Assembly: GCA_029224965.1 (NCBI GenBank)
Contig: JAQXVO010000020.1
Span: 67,972-131,971 of the forward strand
Direction: 5' to 3'
Source of the DNA: Lachnospiraceae bacterium
Lineage (GTDB): Bacteria; Bacillota; Clostridia; Lachnospirales; Lachnospiraceae
Length of the DNA stretch: 64,000 bases
In this document: one piece after another, positions 62,614-64,000 of the stretch
Position numbering within the stretch: position 1 is the first letter of the stretch
Layout of the letters: every line of letters begins with the position of its first letter
Notes under the pieces: generated by a model
The model's database searches: none
Told to the model about the DNA's origin: nothing
What the model saw: only the letters and a program-made list of their open reading frames with translations
Position numbers and translations under genes: made by a program

Positions 62614-64000
62614 TTATTCTTCATTCGTATCTGCAGAAACTTCCTCCAGAAAATAGAGTCTGGAGCTGAAGTCCTTGAAGACGCGGACATGATTGATGCC
62701 GGATCCGATATAGGCCTGGGTCAGAGGCTTGCCGTATTCCATCAGGCTGTCACCATAAAGAAGGCTGTCCTCTTTCTCTCCGTCCAGATGATAGAACTTT
62801 GCGATCAGGTTATGAACCAGGGAGTCCTGCTTTACATGGATGGGCAGGCCCACGGAATTGACCAGATCGCCGAAGGTCTTCACATTGACCTTGATCGGAA
62901 TATTCGAGAAATGATATTTCTTCTCCGGATCCAGTCCCCTTGCCACATAGGTCAGATGAGGATCGGAAGGATGGATCTCCTTCTCGGCAAGCATTGCCAC
63001 AGCCTGCTTTCTATCCGGACTTACAATGGTCCAGGTGACAATATTGTCGGACTGGCCCTCGCCTGCTGCCGGAGACATGAAACCTAAGGCTCTTCCCAGA
63101 TCGGTTGCCCGGTTTCCTGCAGCCAGGGACTCGCTTGTCCGGTAGAAGTCACCGAACTGAAGGGTCTTCCTGTATTTCTTATAGATGCCGATCTGTACAG
63201 CAATGGCATCACAGTCTTCCTTGGACATGTCGCAGAGATTGCATTCATAGCCCAGATTTCCGAAGAAGGCCACATTGGCTCTGGTCTCCATCGGAGTCAC
63301 CCGAAGGGTCTGATGGTTGGGCACGGCCGACACATGGGAGGTATAAGTGATCTGCGGATAGCCGTAGGAATAGCCGTTCTGGATATCCATACGGGAAACA
63401 GCATCTGTATTGTCACTGGCCCAGATCTGAGGGAAGTAGCATAAGGCGCCCAGATCAAAGCGGCAGCCTCCGGAAGCACAGCCTTCCCAGAGAATGTCCG
63501 GAAATGCCTCGGTCAGATTCTTCATCAGCCGGTAGACACCCAGCATATAGCGGTGAAGGGTTTCTCCCTGACGGTCAGCCGGCAGATACTTGGAATAAAT
63601 ATCCGAAATAATCCGGTTCATATCCCACTTGACATAGTCGATTTCAGCTGAATGCAGGGCATCCGAAATGACCTTGGTAATATAGTCGACAACCTCTGGA
63701 TTGGCGAAATCCAGGAATCTCTGATTCCGGCCCTCGGAATGATCCTTTCCGGGTAGATCCATGGACCAGTCCGGATGAGTCCGATAGAGATCCGAATCCA
63801 CATTGACCATCTCGGGTTCAATCCAGATACCGAATTTCAGACCCAGCTTATGAATCTTATCCGAAAGTCCCTTAAGACCGCCCGGAAGCTTTTTGGTATT
63901 GACTGCCCAGTCGCCCAGGGCCCGGTGATCGTCGAATCTGTTTCCGAACCAGCCGTCATCCATAACAAAGAGCTCGACTCCAGCTTCCTTGCCCTTTTTT
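62614..64000 (-). CDS. GH36 alpha-galactosidase, 5' end off the window
   Basis: ELFVMDDGWFG, FGIWIEPEMV, YVKWDMNR, CASGGCRFD, WASDNTD. Confidence 0.93.
   Translation of the reverse strand, partial: KKGKEAGVELFVMDDGWFGNRFDDHRALGDWAVNTKKLPGGLKGLSDKIHKLGLKFGIWIEPEMVNVDSDLYRTHPDWSMDLPGKDHSEGRNQRFLDFANPEVVDYITKVISDALHSAEIDYVKWDMNRIISDIYSKYLPADRQGETLHRYMLGVYRLMKNLTEAFPDILWEGCASGGCRFDLGALCYFPQIWASDNTDAVSRMDIQNGYSYGYPQITYTSHVSAVPNHQTLRVTPMETRANVAFFGNLGYECNLCDMSKEDCDAIAVQIGIYKKYRKTLQFGDFYRTSESLAAGNRATDLGRALGFMSPAAGEGQSDNIVTWTIVSPDRKQAVAMLAEKEIHPSDPHLTYVARGLDPEKKYHFSNIPIKVNVKTFGDLVNSVGLPIHVKQDSLVHNLIAKFYHLDGEKEDSLLYGDSLMEYGKPLTQAYIGSGINHVRVFKDFSSRLYFLEEVSADTNEE

Overview
Core-chromosome segment of an anaerobic Firmicute, probably Lachnospiraceae-like (inferred from gene content and order). 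Most genes are on the minus strand. Content, left to right: Ech-type hydrogenase membrane subunit (3' end off-window) and hypA; arginine genes (GNAT-argJ-argB-argD, argG); metA, ligA and an RsuA/RluF-family pseudouridine synthase with a long SYG-repeat tail; tRNA-Arg(CCG); an AroD-like protein; azlCD and a NhaC-family transporter; asparaginase; flavin reductase-rubredoxin; the NifU-like + GGGtGRT pair; topB, asd, argH, queH, tRNA-Thr(CGT); trpEG under a Trp T-box; a Crp regulator and an SseB-macro protein appended to the nusB-xseAB-ispA-dxs-tlyA-nadK-argR-recN cluster; PIN, Nudix, rny, recX, recA, prfC, rpsU, alaS; an MBL-fold protein, a CLC transporter, LysR and a GH36 alpha-galactosidase (5' end off-window). 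I saw no transposase, integrase, prophage or CRISPR array. Most notable: four intact genes with replaced functional residues (EchA TM7 Lys->Met and TM8 His->Asp; AroD Schiff-base Lys->Glu; macro domain NAAN/GGGG degenerate; MBL HxHxDH->NSRMDA), an array of seven alternating YTATCG half-sites at 9585-9776, and a T-box with a repeat-derived insertion in stem II. All family calls come from reading motifs by eye; no database search was run.
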